Positions 1 to 12,700 of a DNA stretch of 64,000 nt are shown piece after piece; position 1 is the stretch's first letter; every line of letters starts with the position of its first letter. A program made the translations under genes and the position numbers. Under the pieces are notes generated by a model that ran no database searches, had not been told where the DNA came from, and saw only the letters and a program-made list of their open reading frames with translations. This stretch comes from Auanema rhodensis (lineage: Eukaryota; Animalia; Nematoda), in NCBI GenBank assembly GCA_964057225.1, contig OZ059900.1, forward strand, positions 6,076,001 to 6,140,000. Reading direction: 5' to 3'.

Positions 1-349
1 ATCCTCTTCAAGAGATGGCTCAAAGACTTCATCTTCGTAATCACTAAAGTTTAAGCCAAACGACGCATCATCTGCAGCCATAGAAGAAACATTGCTAATG
101 AAATGGCTTAAATCAAATGAATATCTTAATCTTGTATAAGTATGTACAACTTACATTCTTTGACGGTAATTTTTTTCTTTGACATCTGTCATCGGAAGAA
201 TTCTATTCCTATCTTCTTCCACCTTCTTCATAAATTGTGCATTCATGTAGTTGAAATATCTATTGAACCAAGCACTGTACAACACAATAATTCATTCATA
301 CAATAAATCAACAAAGAACTTACTTGTTAGAAATATTGGTCTCAGTCAT
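1..349 (-). CDS. Hypothetical protein, 5' part only (continues beyond the left edge)
   Basis: ATG at 349 directly after ...ttgattaAG. Exons ~349-324, ~275-154 and ~94-1 join through GT-AG introns into one frame: MTETNISNNAWFNRYFNYMNAQFMKKVEEDRNRILPMTDVKEKNYRQRINVSSMAADDASFGLNFSDYEDEVFEPSLEED. No family recognised. Confidence 0.65.
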
Positions 350-864
350 CTTAATCAAAGAAGTAAATACAAGTAAGAAGGGGTTAACTAAAATTAACTT
401 TATTTCCCGAAAAAAAGAAAAAAATTAAACAAAGAGAAAGAGCGAATACAGAAAAAAAGAACATAAATCTAGATAGGAAAGAGAGAAAGAAAAAACTGCC
501 AAAAGCAGACAGAGTGACAAATGGATGCGGTGAGTACGTTATCGCGGTCGAAATCGCGTAAACATCGCTACACAAACATTTCAAATGATACTGTACGTTG
601 TTTACAATTGTGTTCGCTATAGTATATGGTGACATGTGAAAGTCTATTATTGGCAAATGTTCAAATATTCCTTCAGTACATTATAGCCAAAAAAAAATTG
701 AAAGGATCAGGGAATATTAGAACATTGATGATACAAAGTACAAATATTTTAGTACACTAATTCTAGATTAACTATAATCAATAAAAAGGCTAATAAAGAA
801 TACACTCGTTCTTATACTACGTAAATTACAATGAAATTTTCTTTTTCTGATAGTATTGTTCATT

Positions 865-2719
865 TTATTTCTTCACAGTTGGCACCAATTGATAATCGCA
901 GCCAAAGAAGCGTTTTGCATTCAGGATGAGATACTCTGTGATCTGAAAATAAAAGTTGTACATAACCTGTCGCCTGTTCTGAGGTGTTAGTAGCTGACCT
1001 TGCTGCCACATTGGCTGTCTTCAAGATCGGTTCCACCAAGCAGATTTGGACCAAAGACAATGGCTAGGTTATACGCATCCATTCTGTAAATTGAAAACAG
1101 AATCTTCAAATGTACAGTATGATTTACAAATTCTGATCTTCGTATAGCTGTAGTTCAGCCAAAAATTGGATTATGTATGAAAGATTATCCAAATGCGTTG
1201 CTGGCATTTTACTGAGACAGACTTCTATAGCTTTTCGGAGTTCTTCTCCATCCAATCTGCAGATTATTTTTCTAAATTATCTATTCAACATTCAGATATT
1301 TCTTACAATGCTGCTTCGAGCCAATCAGAATAAAGACGGTTAGTAAAAAGCGGATCAGGTAGTTCTCTCAAGTACAACTTGAGTGCCCCACAAACACTAT
1401 GTGGATCGTCTTTGTAGTTAATGATGTCATGCTGTAAATAATCATTTTACAAGCAACGGTTGTTTAATTTTTTTACATTTATTTGACCAGCATTCATAGA
1501 AGCTTTTATTCTTTTTATTTTTACGGAATTTCCGTTAACTCTGAATAAGCCTAAAACAATTTATTTATAAAATCTTCTATGTGATGTTGTCGCAACCTTT
1601 CTCATTCAGCCCGATGTGTCGCAAAAGAACACAGCATTGTTCAATTGGAACAGCTATCTGCTTGTTAACATGGTGAAGATGCTCAGTTAAGTCAATGCCA
1701 AACATTGGTTTTGGACGGAAGTATTCTATAATACCAAATGTATAACAATATATGGCATTGTCTAACCAATTTCTCGCCGAATTTCAAGAAGAGCAGCTTC
1801 AAGAGTTCTCACAGCTGCTCTGTGAAACTCCAGTTGTTCTTCCAGGTAAGCGCTGAACATCTAAAACAACTTTAATGATGCCAAGTGTTAAAAATATCAA
1901 CTTGCTTTAGCAATTTCTTGTTCTTTAGAAGCTAGATTATAAACTTCAGTTATAGTCTCATCCTGAAAACGAACATATTAAGTTATAGAAAAGTCTGTAA
2001 CAATAGTTACCAATTGCTTTTCAAATTTCTTGGTAGCTTCAGCCAATTTAGCTTTTTGTGTAATTTCAACTTCTATAATATATAATGATATATACATACA
2101 TATATGTATAGCTTTGATGTAAGCTAGATATCTACCCTGTAAAGCTTTTCTCAACTTCTTTTTATGATCCATCGTCAACTTTTCTAAATCGACATATTGC
2201 GTTAGTTTTACTAGCACACGTTCTTCGATGTTTATCTCACATTTCACCTAATTAGATAAATTTTTTGTTGCACATTACTCATTGAAATAGATACGTACCT
2301 TCTCCTCTGTGATTTCCTGAATTACGGAGCCAATCTTGTTCATGACATAGCAAAGACATTTTGCAGATCTTTGCAAATCAACAGCACCTTCTTTAAATTC
2401 TGTGCCGATGTTAAATTCATCAAAGTTCTTCTTAAATTAGGACTTTTGTAAAGAGATAGAAAGACAATTTAACCTTAAGAAGATCAATGTTGCTAGGCTT
2501 CAAGCCTGTCTTCACAGCATCTGAAATGGTTTTACGGAAGGATGTTATTCCTTCAATTAGTTTGGCATTTCGATATTGCAGCTCTTTAATATTTCTCCAT
2601 CCTTCATAATTTTCAATTTTGGATGAGCTATAGTTGTACTTATTAAATGCATAAATATCATAAACGAACCTTATCAAGCTGCTTTTGATACGTCGCAGAG
2701 TATACTCAATGTCGAACAT
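865..2719 (-). CDS. BAR-domain RhoGAP (RICH/nadrin/ARHGAP17/SH3BP1 family; rga-8-like), multi-exon
   Basis: Spliced translation gives a helical BAR-like N-terminus (MFSAYLEEQLEFHRAAVRTLE) followed by RhoGAP motifs PMFGIDL, GLNEKGLFRVNG (arginine finger intact), DPHSVCGALKLYLRELPDPLFT and MDAYNLAIVFGPNLL. Stop TAA at 865-867. Confidence 0.9.
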
Positions 2720-3753
2720 TATTGCAAGAGTTGACAGAAAGTATGAATTTAAGCGTGAACCTGTAATAAGTTTACAAGTTATATTTTAAAAGTGAAGTTA
2801 TGAGGAGCGAGATAAGAGACCACCATCAGGTAATGAGAAAAATAGAATAACCAAAAGCTGACTCGGCTGACTGTTTTATATGCCAAGTGACCTTTTGTTC
2901 GAAAATTTCAAGCGAACTTAATTTTCAAAAAAGAATCTAAATGAATGAGCACAATTTGTATTCATAAAACTTTTGGCTGTAAAAAAATAATAGTCAAATA
3001 TGGCCAAAACGTTTTAATAAACTTATTTCTATTATTTATTAAATTCGACGTGAATATAAGTAATCAGAATGTCATACTAAAAAAAAGTTTTAAAAAAAAT
3101 TATATTTATATTCGAAAAATGGACTATAATGGAAATTATAAAGGTATTATATTATGAAAGTTATATGATATGAATATTTTTTTGAATTGAAGTAATCAGT
3201 GAATTTCGGTAATCATTTTCATTGTGCGAACTTTTCAATTTTTCAATTTTTTTATTACTTCCTGAAGATATTTCCTTTTTTTTATTAATATCATTCTTTT
3301 TTTTTCTGAGTAAGCAAAGAGCAATTCCATCACAAATATATTTATAACCGTTTGCTTGATAAAAAGAATCATTAAGCGATTTTTTGGCTGCAAACATGCT
3401 CTAATCACAATTTGACCTAATAAATAGGTAGATCATATATGTAGATCAAATAGGTAAAAAACAAACTAAAATAGATGTTTCGAGAAACGTTCTTTGCGCA
3501 TTTTCAGTTCATTGTTGTTTTTGTTGTGGTAGCGATCGGTTGCTAAATAAAAGCTCTTTTGCTAACCTTACTATTACCTTAGTAATAGACAGCTGTCTGC
3601 CTTTGCTATTTCTAGCTCAAAATTGTTTAAGTACTTCTCTATAGATATTTTGAAACTAATACTTATTTTTCTGACAGTTTACATTGAAAAAACAACTTTT
3701 TTTTCAGGTAGTTCGGTTTTTAGTTATTAGATAGAAAATAAATTTTTACCATC

Positions 3754-5446
3754 ATGTTCTCGATGATGCCAGATCTTTTAGACTTGCATTATAGTGAGAC
3801 TCCAGCAAACATTCAGTTTTTATTCTATTTTTTTAGGAAGGTATCAACAAGTCGAGCTTGACGTTAGTAAATGTGTTTTTCAACATTCGAAAATTGTTCA
3901 AGCTATGTTTCCAGTTGTCAAACTAGAGGCAAGATTTGACGCAGGCCGGAATGTAAGAATCCAGGAAATTGCAAAACTCTGTGATTGTAAGTTTAATTTT
4001 TAAAATTATAAAATAGATAATAGAATGGAAAAATGCACGCATACGTCAAACAACTTCCTTAAATTAAATTTGGTATTCATCAGTGTTCAATTGAAAAAAA
4101 TAGCGATTATCGTAAGAATTGAGAATATAGATGAGCATTCATACAATTTTGAATATATAAAATTGATAATGGCGATATTCACATTTTTATAGGCTGTATT
4201 TGTAAAGATATGAATAAGTTGTGGCATCAGGTCGTAAGCACGTATAAAGCAGTTGTCTCAATCAACGAAGGACTGAGAGCCGACTTTCAGAAAAAATCAA
4301 CACTCTTTCTTCTGAGTCCTCTCTGTGACTTTAGAAAAATTTATAACGTCCTGGTCTTAGGAACAGAGATTGCCTCTAGATTGGCACCTAAACTGCTATT
4401 TAGAGACATGTCCTGCCTTTTCTTCAATAATAGTTAATTGAGATCTTTTTTCATACATACACTTCTCATTTCAGGCGCTCAAATGCTAGAATGTCTCATA
4501 GCACAAGCAATTGAGTTTATCAATATGCTTGATTTTCTCAGAGATCAGCTTTATGAAGGATTTGCGAACGTTTTTGTCGTTCGAGTTTGGGATCCATTCT
4601 TCACGAAGGCGTGTGGTCCAAAGATGAGAAATCAAGCGTTCTCAAACATGTTTAATGTTGTTCATAATTTTCGAAATTTTGAGAACCGAACCATGTACAG
4701 AATATTTGAGCCAGGTTATAGATTTGAATTGATTGCAGGTGCAAACATTTTTTTTTCAGTTCTATCTTGGGGAAGTTTTAATCTGATAAAAGTGAATAAA
4801 TATATGATAATAAGAAAAACGGTACAATATTGGAAAAGTTCTATGAAATTTTTTTTTATTAGGGTGGAGGTGCAATGAAAAGTCTTTTTACACTATTGGA
4901 AAACCCTATCGAAACGTTCACGTTTAAGTCTGAAGAGTATAAATTACATCTCTGAACTTAAAGGAGTATTTAAATTATTTCAGCGATGCAAAAGAAGTAA
5001 CAATTGATTTATATTATAACGATTCTATTGGGGATATTTGGATTCAATCCAGTAGACAAATTATTCTTAAAAATTTTGTTTTTGAAACACCGGTCCTTAT
5101 GAATGGAACTTTCTCACGAGTTAGATACTTTAAACCGCGATTCTACTTACTTATACTTCAGGCATTTTCTTATAAAAATTTTCTTAATTCTATTGTAAAA
5201 GATGTAAACGCACGTGAACTTTCGCCTGACATAATTCTCGACAAGCATTGCAATTTCACTGTTACTGTTCCAATCTCTACTGGTTCGCAACTTGAGAATG
5301 ATCTGATTGTCACATTTTCTCACTTAAGGTACATAACTTTTACTATCATGTAAAGTATTTTAATGATTTACAGGGCTCGAATTCGTGTAGAGACAATGCT
5401 ATTACAATACAAAGTGAAAGAACAGGTGAAAACAGAAGCTTTTTAA
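3754..5446 (+). CDS. Hypothetical multi-exon protein (~400 aa), family not recognised
   Basis: ATG at 3754. ORF-track fragments 3794-4003, 4210-4437, 4438-4878 and 5099-5353 link through short GT-AG introns. Last exon ARIRVETMLLQYKVKEQVKTEAF* ends at 5446. Divergent from the RhoGAP gene. Confidence 0.7.
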
Positions 5447-5848
5447 GATACTATTGACAGATTGACAGTTTTTATATTTTTCAAGTTTTATCAAAAAGAT
5501 TTTGTTATGGTTTTTTATTGTTTTTATTTTTTACTAATAAGGTTGTTATGTATTCATGTTATTTAACTTGAAGTAAATGTTAATTTTCAAATGATCCTGT
5601 TTTATAAGTTTATAAAGCACTACAACAAGATGAAGAGAATAGGTTTACAGCTTAACTTTGAGCTTTTTTCATTTTTAAAAATACTTACTTGACTCAAGAG
5701 AAGGGTGTTCCAATCATCTTATATATATTAGAATGCTCCTTTTTGAATTTCGCTTATGTCACCAGGCACATAGTAAGATGGTCAGCAGTCAATACACATC
5801 TTTAAGATTTTTACCCCTGAAACTGAAATTATTTTTTTCTGTAAAAGG

Positions 5849-5850
5849 TA

Positions 5851-5897
<47 letters not shown>
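5849..5897. repeat. (TA)n microsatellite
   Basis: Near-perfect TA dinucleotide run of about 48 bp; it produces the spurious YIYIYI ORF. Confidence 0.9.
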
Positions 5898-5902
<5 letters not shown>

Positions 5903-7409
5903 TTATGTATTACTCGTTAATATTATTTCTCTAGCCATATACTATAGCATTTGAACCAGGTTATTGCTACTTCGTTCTTGTAAACTAAAACGGTAGAAAA
6001 AAAATTAAAAACTCACCAATGGGTCCGAGCGTTGTCGTATAAATGAGTTTCTCTCCTCACAATCCTCATCCATGAAAAGTAAAACTAAAAAAAGTTTGTG
6101 AATTAAATTCCAATATTGAAACAAATAAATGAGAAGAGAAAATTAAGAAATTAAAAGCTAAATTGGCTAGCCTGATCACGAGCCGAAGAAAACGTTGTTA
6201 TTTTATTGCTCTTCGTTGAAATCTTAAAAACTAATTTTAAAAGATTAAGACTAAGGCTCAAAATCTAAGTTTATATCCAGTTGATAAAAACGTTTCAGGA
6301 ACAGCTGGTTTTACTGTAAAGTAATAATTTATTCATTTATGAATTCCATGACGCAATTGAATATTTTGGAGAGAAAACTAATAAAATTTTTAGTAAAAAA
6401 CGAGGCAATTTACTTTATTTTTTGAGGAATAAATCTGATGACATAATTGAATTATCTTTTGTAATCAACAGTAATTAAACTAATAATAAAAAAATAATAT
6501 TATGAAGTTTTCATTAATAAGTATAATTATTTAGTCTTCATATCTACCTTTTCAAACATTTATTTTACTTTTTGGCATGTATATACTTCATTTCATCTTC
6601 AATCATTCATATTTAATACACTCTAAGCTTTTCTCTCAAATAATACATCTAGTTTTTTTACTTCTTTTTTTAACTTGTACATTCAATTCATTTAAGTACA
6701 TTAGCATGCTCATAGTAGGCAATAAACTGTTTTCAGACTGGTCTTAATGCTTTTCTTTTACCCATTTCTCACAAATGTCAAAGAACAATTTGATATTCTA
6801 AGATTTTGATGCCTATTGCTATTAGTCTTCTGCCACATCTATATAATTAGGTTATATATGCAGATATGAGAAAGCATACATGTCATGTATACCTCATAGT
6901 GTATTGTCAAAAGATGCGCTTCTTAGCCGTTCGTATCTCATTTTTCTCCTTCGCTATTGGTCGCCTATTTTCTTAATTTTAACCGCGTTCATTAAAACAA
7001 AAAAAAGTTTTTCAGTTTTCATTTTATTACTGGAGGCTAGGTGACGATTTGACGCTATCACGATATCCAATAAAGGATAGAAGGATTGTGAGTTTCAGTT
7101 TCTAATTAAATTCTTCGAAATATTATTGTATAATGAAGAAATTTGGTAAATGCTCTAAGCTAAATCTTTTATTCGTATGAAAAGAGTCAAAATGGGGCGG
7201 ACGGGGGGAACACCATCAGAGCATGTACGAGCCAATGTAATCATAATATCATGCTGAGTACAAACTTTTTCACTAGTAATTTAGCTTAATTTCATAGAAT
7301 TTAGAGAGGATAGCACCAATTTGCGCTTTTGCTGGACCAGAAATCGCTATACGTCATATATTTGGGTATTCTTAAAATCTATTCATAAATTCGTCATCAA
7401 GCAGAAGAT

Positions 7410-7745
7410 ATGACTGACTGTTTTTGTAAAACATTTGAAAAGTTGATGGTCAACTTTTTTGTTGCCCGAAATCTTATAATGCTGGATCTAATTGTTGTGT
7501 TCTCTATCATTGCCATGATTGTATGTTCCATCTTGGCACTTCTATTCATTGTCTTCCTCATACGACAGAGGATAATCATTGTAAATAATGCATATTTTGT
7601 GTACCAAATCATTCTGCTAGCAAAGAAAATGATTACTCTGATCAAAGTTGTCATGCTCATCATTATAATCGTTGTTGTCATGATTGAAGTAACGGTTGTT
7701 ATGTTGATTGCTATATCTGAGAAGTTCTGTAGTTTTGAGTTTTGA
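7410..7745 (+). CDS. Possible small two-pass membrane protein
   Basis: 111-aa ORF with two long hydrophobic segments (LIVVFSIIAMIVCSILALLFIVFLI followed by RQR; VVMLIIIIVVVMIEVTVVMLIAI). I could not splice the upstream exon-like pieces (7192-7367) in frame and recognised no homologue. Confidence 0.3.
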   Translation: MTDCFCKTFEKLMVNFFVARNLIMLDLIVVFSIIAMIVCSILALLFIVFLIRQRIIIVNNAYFVYQIILLAKKMITLIKVVMLIIIIVVVMIEVTVVMLIAISEKFCSFEF

Positions 7746-9796
7746 ATTATTAATCATATTTTCAAGTACAAAGTTTGCAAAAACGTAGTAAAATTGATGC
7801 ATACACTAGAATTATTATATCTGAATATATGTGTATATTTGTAGTTTTCAACGAATAAATTCAAATAAAAGCATTTGTCTTCAAAATTGTTCCCACGTTC
7901 TTACAGCCATTGCTCTCTAATACTCAAAATCCGATATCTCATTTAAACCAGTGAAGAGAGAGATAGAGAGAGAGAGAGAACAATTTAATTATGGAGACTC
8001 AAATTGGTTCTTGCACGTAGACCTTTCATGTCAGCAGCACTTATATGAAAATATTAGTAATTGCTCATAACATAAATATAAATATATATGTATATATATA
8101 TGTATATGATGAGTATAAGTATCAATTCAAAGTTGTTTCTCTTACTTCCTCAATAAACGTGATTTTAATTTCATTTCGGATATCTTGTATATGTTCATAT
8201 GATCATTAAAAGTCAGATTTTATATAAAACTATAAAGAAAGTATTTTTCCTACTTACATATGTCAAGTTATGTTGAATAACAACATATATACTCAACTAT
8301 AAAATAAATCAAAGATCATGTTCAGCGTTATTCTTAATCGCATTGGATCTGTCAAGAGCTGTTGTACTCGATTAAACTAAAGATATTTGTAGAGAGAGAC
8401 TTTAAGAATGTAATACATGAAACTAAACTATAAATAACCTCTGTTTGACCTTTAAGGACAACAACGTTAAAATATTTAAAAAGTTCAATTATTTTTGTAT
8501 TATGTGTATTTCTATTTGTATTCTAGAGTACAATGTTTACATTTGTTTGTATGATGATTCGTTTTGTGCTCTGTGCTATTAATAAAACAAAATATAAAAC
8601 AATGAGACCTTCACATCGGTTGGATTAAATAACAGATCATTTAAAGCGTATGCCCAATAATTATACAAAAGTTGATCATCATGATGAGAATGATTTGATA
8701 AACATAAACATAATCAGCTGAAAGCTGTTAACCAGAGAAATATATTAGGAAATTGGGGACCATATGAGTAACTTGTAACAAATAACGATAATTTGACATT
8801 GCTCAGTATACCAGATAACATTATTCTACCGGGAAGAAGAGCAAGATAGAGGGCAAACAAAACCATTTCTTAAATAGTCGTTGGGATAGAGATGCAGAAA
8901 GATTACGTAAGGATATTAAGAACTACATTCATATAGAACGACTTAATATTATGAATAAGGTATAGTGAGTAAAGGCTTTGTCAAATGGGAATGAGAAGGA
9001 TTGGAAGAATAGTATGGAGAATAACATCCTAAAGGTAGAAGCTAAAAGAACACACGGAGATAAATATTGAGATCATCTACATCATGCTCCAGCATAATCA
9101 TAATACAACTTTTTAAAAAGAATACTTGTAATATCATTACACCACTAAATTCACTATATCCTAGAATAATAGGGAAGACTGAGTATTAAACAGATACGAT
9201 GCGGTAGTTGGGTTTACATAAAAGGTGTGGGGATAACAGAAACAATAACTGTGAGATTATCAAGACCTTATGTGGCTATACATATGTGACTAAAGTTATT
9301 GTTAGTTATATATATATATATATAAATAGTTAGGAATATCATTAGTATTATACAACTTACAGGGGAGGGGGGGGATCAAATACTCGATCAAAACATAAAC
9401 GATCATCGAGTGAAGGGAGATTAAGATTGAGATTGAAAATTAGTAAAAAAAAGGATAAAAGTAGGATGAAATATATGCATAAAAAGAATTTGTACGAATA
9501 CATTTACATTGTAAATCTCGGACAAGTTTAAGAATAAGTTGAAAAGGGGAAAAAATATTAATATACATGTATGTACAGGTAATATATGCCTCTATCTATT
9601 CATCTATTTAACTATTTAGGTATAGTTATAGACAGATAGCTATATATGTCTATATGCATATATATGCATATATCGATAAAACTCTCTACATTGCATTAAT
9701 GCATTGTTATTTTAATAAAAAAATTAAAACATAGTTTGAAGAAAGAGAGCTGTTGTTCATTTGTCACGAAGACATACGGTGTGCTATACGTGGTGC

Positions 9797-12700
9797 CTAG
9801 AATCTGGGAAGGTCATACCACCGTTTTTCTTGCAAAAGTTTATCAAAATAAACAAACGATCTGTAATATGATGTTAAATTAAACTGATTTTGAACGTTTT
9901 CCGACTCACTTATTTAATTTTACTTCTATCCAAGCTTCACAATCATGAATGGCAGGCCTTTTAGGGTAACCAGGTCCAAAACCTTTGACGAATGAAAAGC
10001 TGAAAACGCATTCCCTACGTAAGTCTTCTATGCTTTCTTGATACTAAAAATAAAATTCATATATATATAGTTTACTAGGAATGCAACGTACTCGTTGGCT
10101 CAATTGCTCTTCTTTCTTAGCAAAACGTAAATTCAATGGAGTGTTCTTGGCAGCTTTGTAGTCTAAGAACATTAATTGCCTCATGCGACGATTACGCAGA
10201 CGCCGCATACAAAAAGTTTGATCGTAAACCTGAAAATATTTATTGCTTTCACTGATGATATGATAAAAAACAGACCTTTAAACGACCTCCAGGATAAATT
10301 TTATGAACAACTTTAGTAGTACTACGATTAATCTTCTGATCCAAATAAGGCGAATTCAAGAATACTGGCTCTTTACTGTAGTTACGGAACCAGATATCTC
10401 CATTACTTTTCAGCGAAACTCGTACACCTTCCAGTATATTTCGTCTATAATGTTTATTACTAAACTGAGGTGTAAGGATTGTTCTAAAAGTGAGGAAAAA
10501 ACTCTCAGCTACATTCATCTTATATTGCTTAATGTTACGATTTCATCGAAAATATTCAGCAAATAGCTGAAAGTTTTTTCCATACACGCATGCTGACGAA
10601 CACAGCTACGTCTGCTACATAGTAAATCAAGTTCTATATGTATAACAAACAACACAGAATAGAGAGTGCTAGATAGCTCACTTTATTTCAATTTTATAGT
10701 TCAACTTTCAAACTGTATTGCTATCCCTATTCTCCGATTCATGAATATTTTAATTATTGTCAAAAGGTTCAATAAAAATGCCACAAAACTGTTTAAAATG
10801 AAAAGTATTAGAAAAAAGAAAAATTGTGCAACTAAATCGATCACTCTATATTGCAATCTAAATTTGTTTCTAAATTGAATTTGTCATTTTTCTACTTTCA
10901 AAAGTGCTTTAGTTCATGTGATGATATTAGACATGTGAGGCTAACTAAGATGAACAACTCTAGTTTGCTCATAATTCAATAACTATAGGAAAATATTTAT
11001 AAACTACTTCTTTTTTAGAAGATTTCAATGCAAATAGTGGAAATGTATACACACCTTACACGTTCCGTCATAAAATCCCTGTATGGATTAAGTTCCATTC
11101 CAAGACTGAAACGATTTGGATCTCTCCCAAAGCCTCCATCAATATACATTGTGTTGTAAATAGCCTAGATTGATTGAATGAATAGTTGATTAGTGCTAAC
11201 ATCTTTCATTACCATTTTTTCATTAATTATCTCAGTTTTTTCATAATATACGAAAACTGCCCAATTTTCATTAGAGCAAACTGATTCTGAATCTTTGTTA
11301 TTAGTAAACCGAAATATTACTCTTTAACCAACCTAACGAAGCATCCATTGGTTCGAAAACAGGAGTAGGCATTACGCTTCTCACTTGATTTGCTGGAATA
11401 TAGAAGTTACTTAACAAAAGGCAAGATGCACATACATTGTATACTCTCAAGTTGAAGACGGCGAATATTGCCTACAGAATCTCTTAGCATATTTGATACA
11501 TCAGCGTTAGTTGCTTTGAGGAAAGGTGATTGTTGTAGCGCAGGAAATGACATATCCACATCAATTTCGCAATCCTAAACAATTTTTCAAGTTTAAATTG
11601 ATGAAAAAGGAATTTTACTTCATCTGAAGAACTAAAATCGTCAATATCCAATTCAAAGTATCGGCCTTCTGAAACATTTTCATTTAATTAAACATGTCAT
11701 TAATATGCATGATTGAGAGTGTAAATCTTTCTCTATTTTCAATTTTCTAAAATGTGCAAAGCTTCACCTGCAGAAAATTGCATAGTTTTCTTGCGAATCG
11801 GAGTTTGAGGCGCATTCAAACTACCACTGGTGCACCAGCTAGTTGTACTGCTATTGCTGCTACTACGGGGATCTTCATCATGCACACAACGTGGCATATG
11901 CATATTATGCATTAATGGACATCCAGTATTTCGATTTCCAAATGTTGGTGGAGGCGAATAGCTGGCTGAATCCCTTCTACGTTTTGAGTATACAAATGTC
12001 CGCCGACTTGAAGCACGTGTTGTAGCAGGAGAGCAGCTTATGACAGCTGAACTTTCCAATACATTAGGCGACATGCGCGAATCAAACAGTTCAGGTGTTG
12101 TGGCTGCCATTTGTTCGTTGTTTCTATACTGAAGCAAGCTAGGCGCAGCGGTAGCAGGCCTAGGCTGAACTTTAGTTTTTAAATTATTATAGATGGATCG
12201 TCGAATAATGAACAGCTCTAGTTCAGTCATAGGATCATTTTCACTATCATAGCATGGAACATCTTTGTATTGCTCATTTGTTGAGTTTCCTGATTCATGT
12301 ACTCCGCAAGCTGACATGCGATCACGTTCCGAAACATACAGCTCTCCTTGTGGCTGCATATGTTTGTTCATGATACTTGGATAAGTTGGTAATAAAGATA
12401 CTACCGATCGTGCCTATAAAATAAACATTTATCATTTTGTTTTGACATAATACTAACCTCGCTTTTTTCATTTTGATTAGTGAAAACGGATGAAGCATGA
12501 AGAGATTTATCTGCTTCTGGTGTCTCTAAGCTTTCTATATCAAGAGCTTCCACATCAACATCAATATCTTCTATTGACGTTTTTTCATCAGCAGATTCTG
12601 AATTTGCTTGTCGTATCGACACATCAGAATTGAATGATATTCGAGAGGCTTTTTCACAAGGAGCATCATAGTCAGTTTTCTTTTGAACGTCCTTGATATT

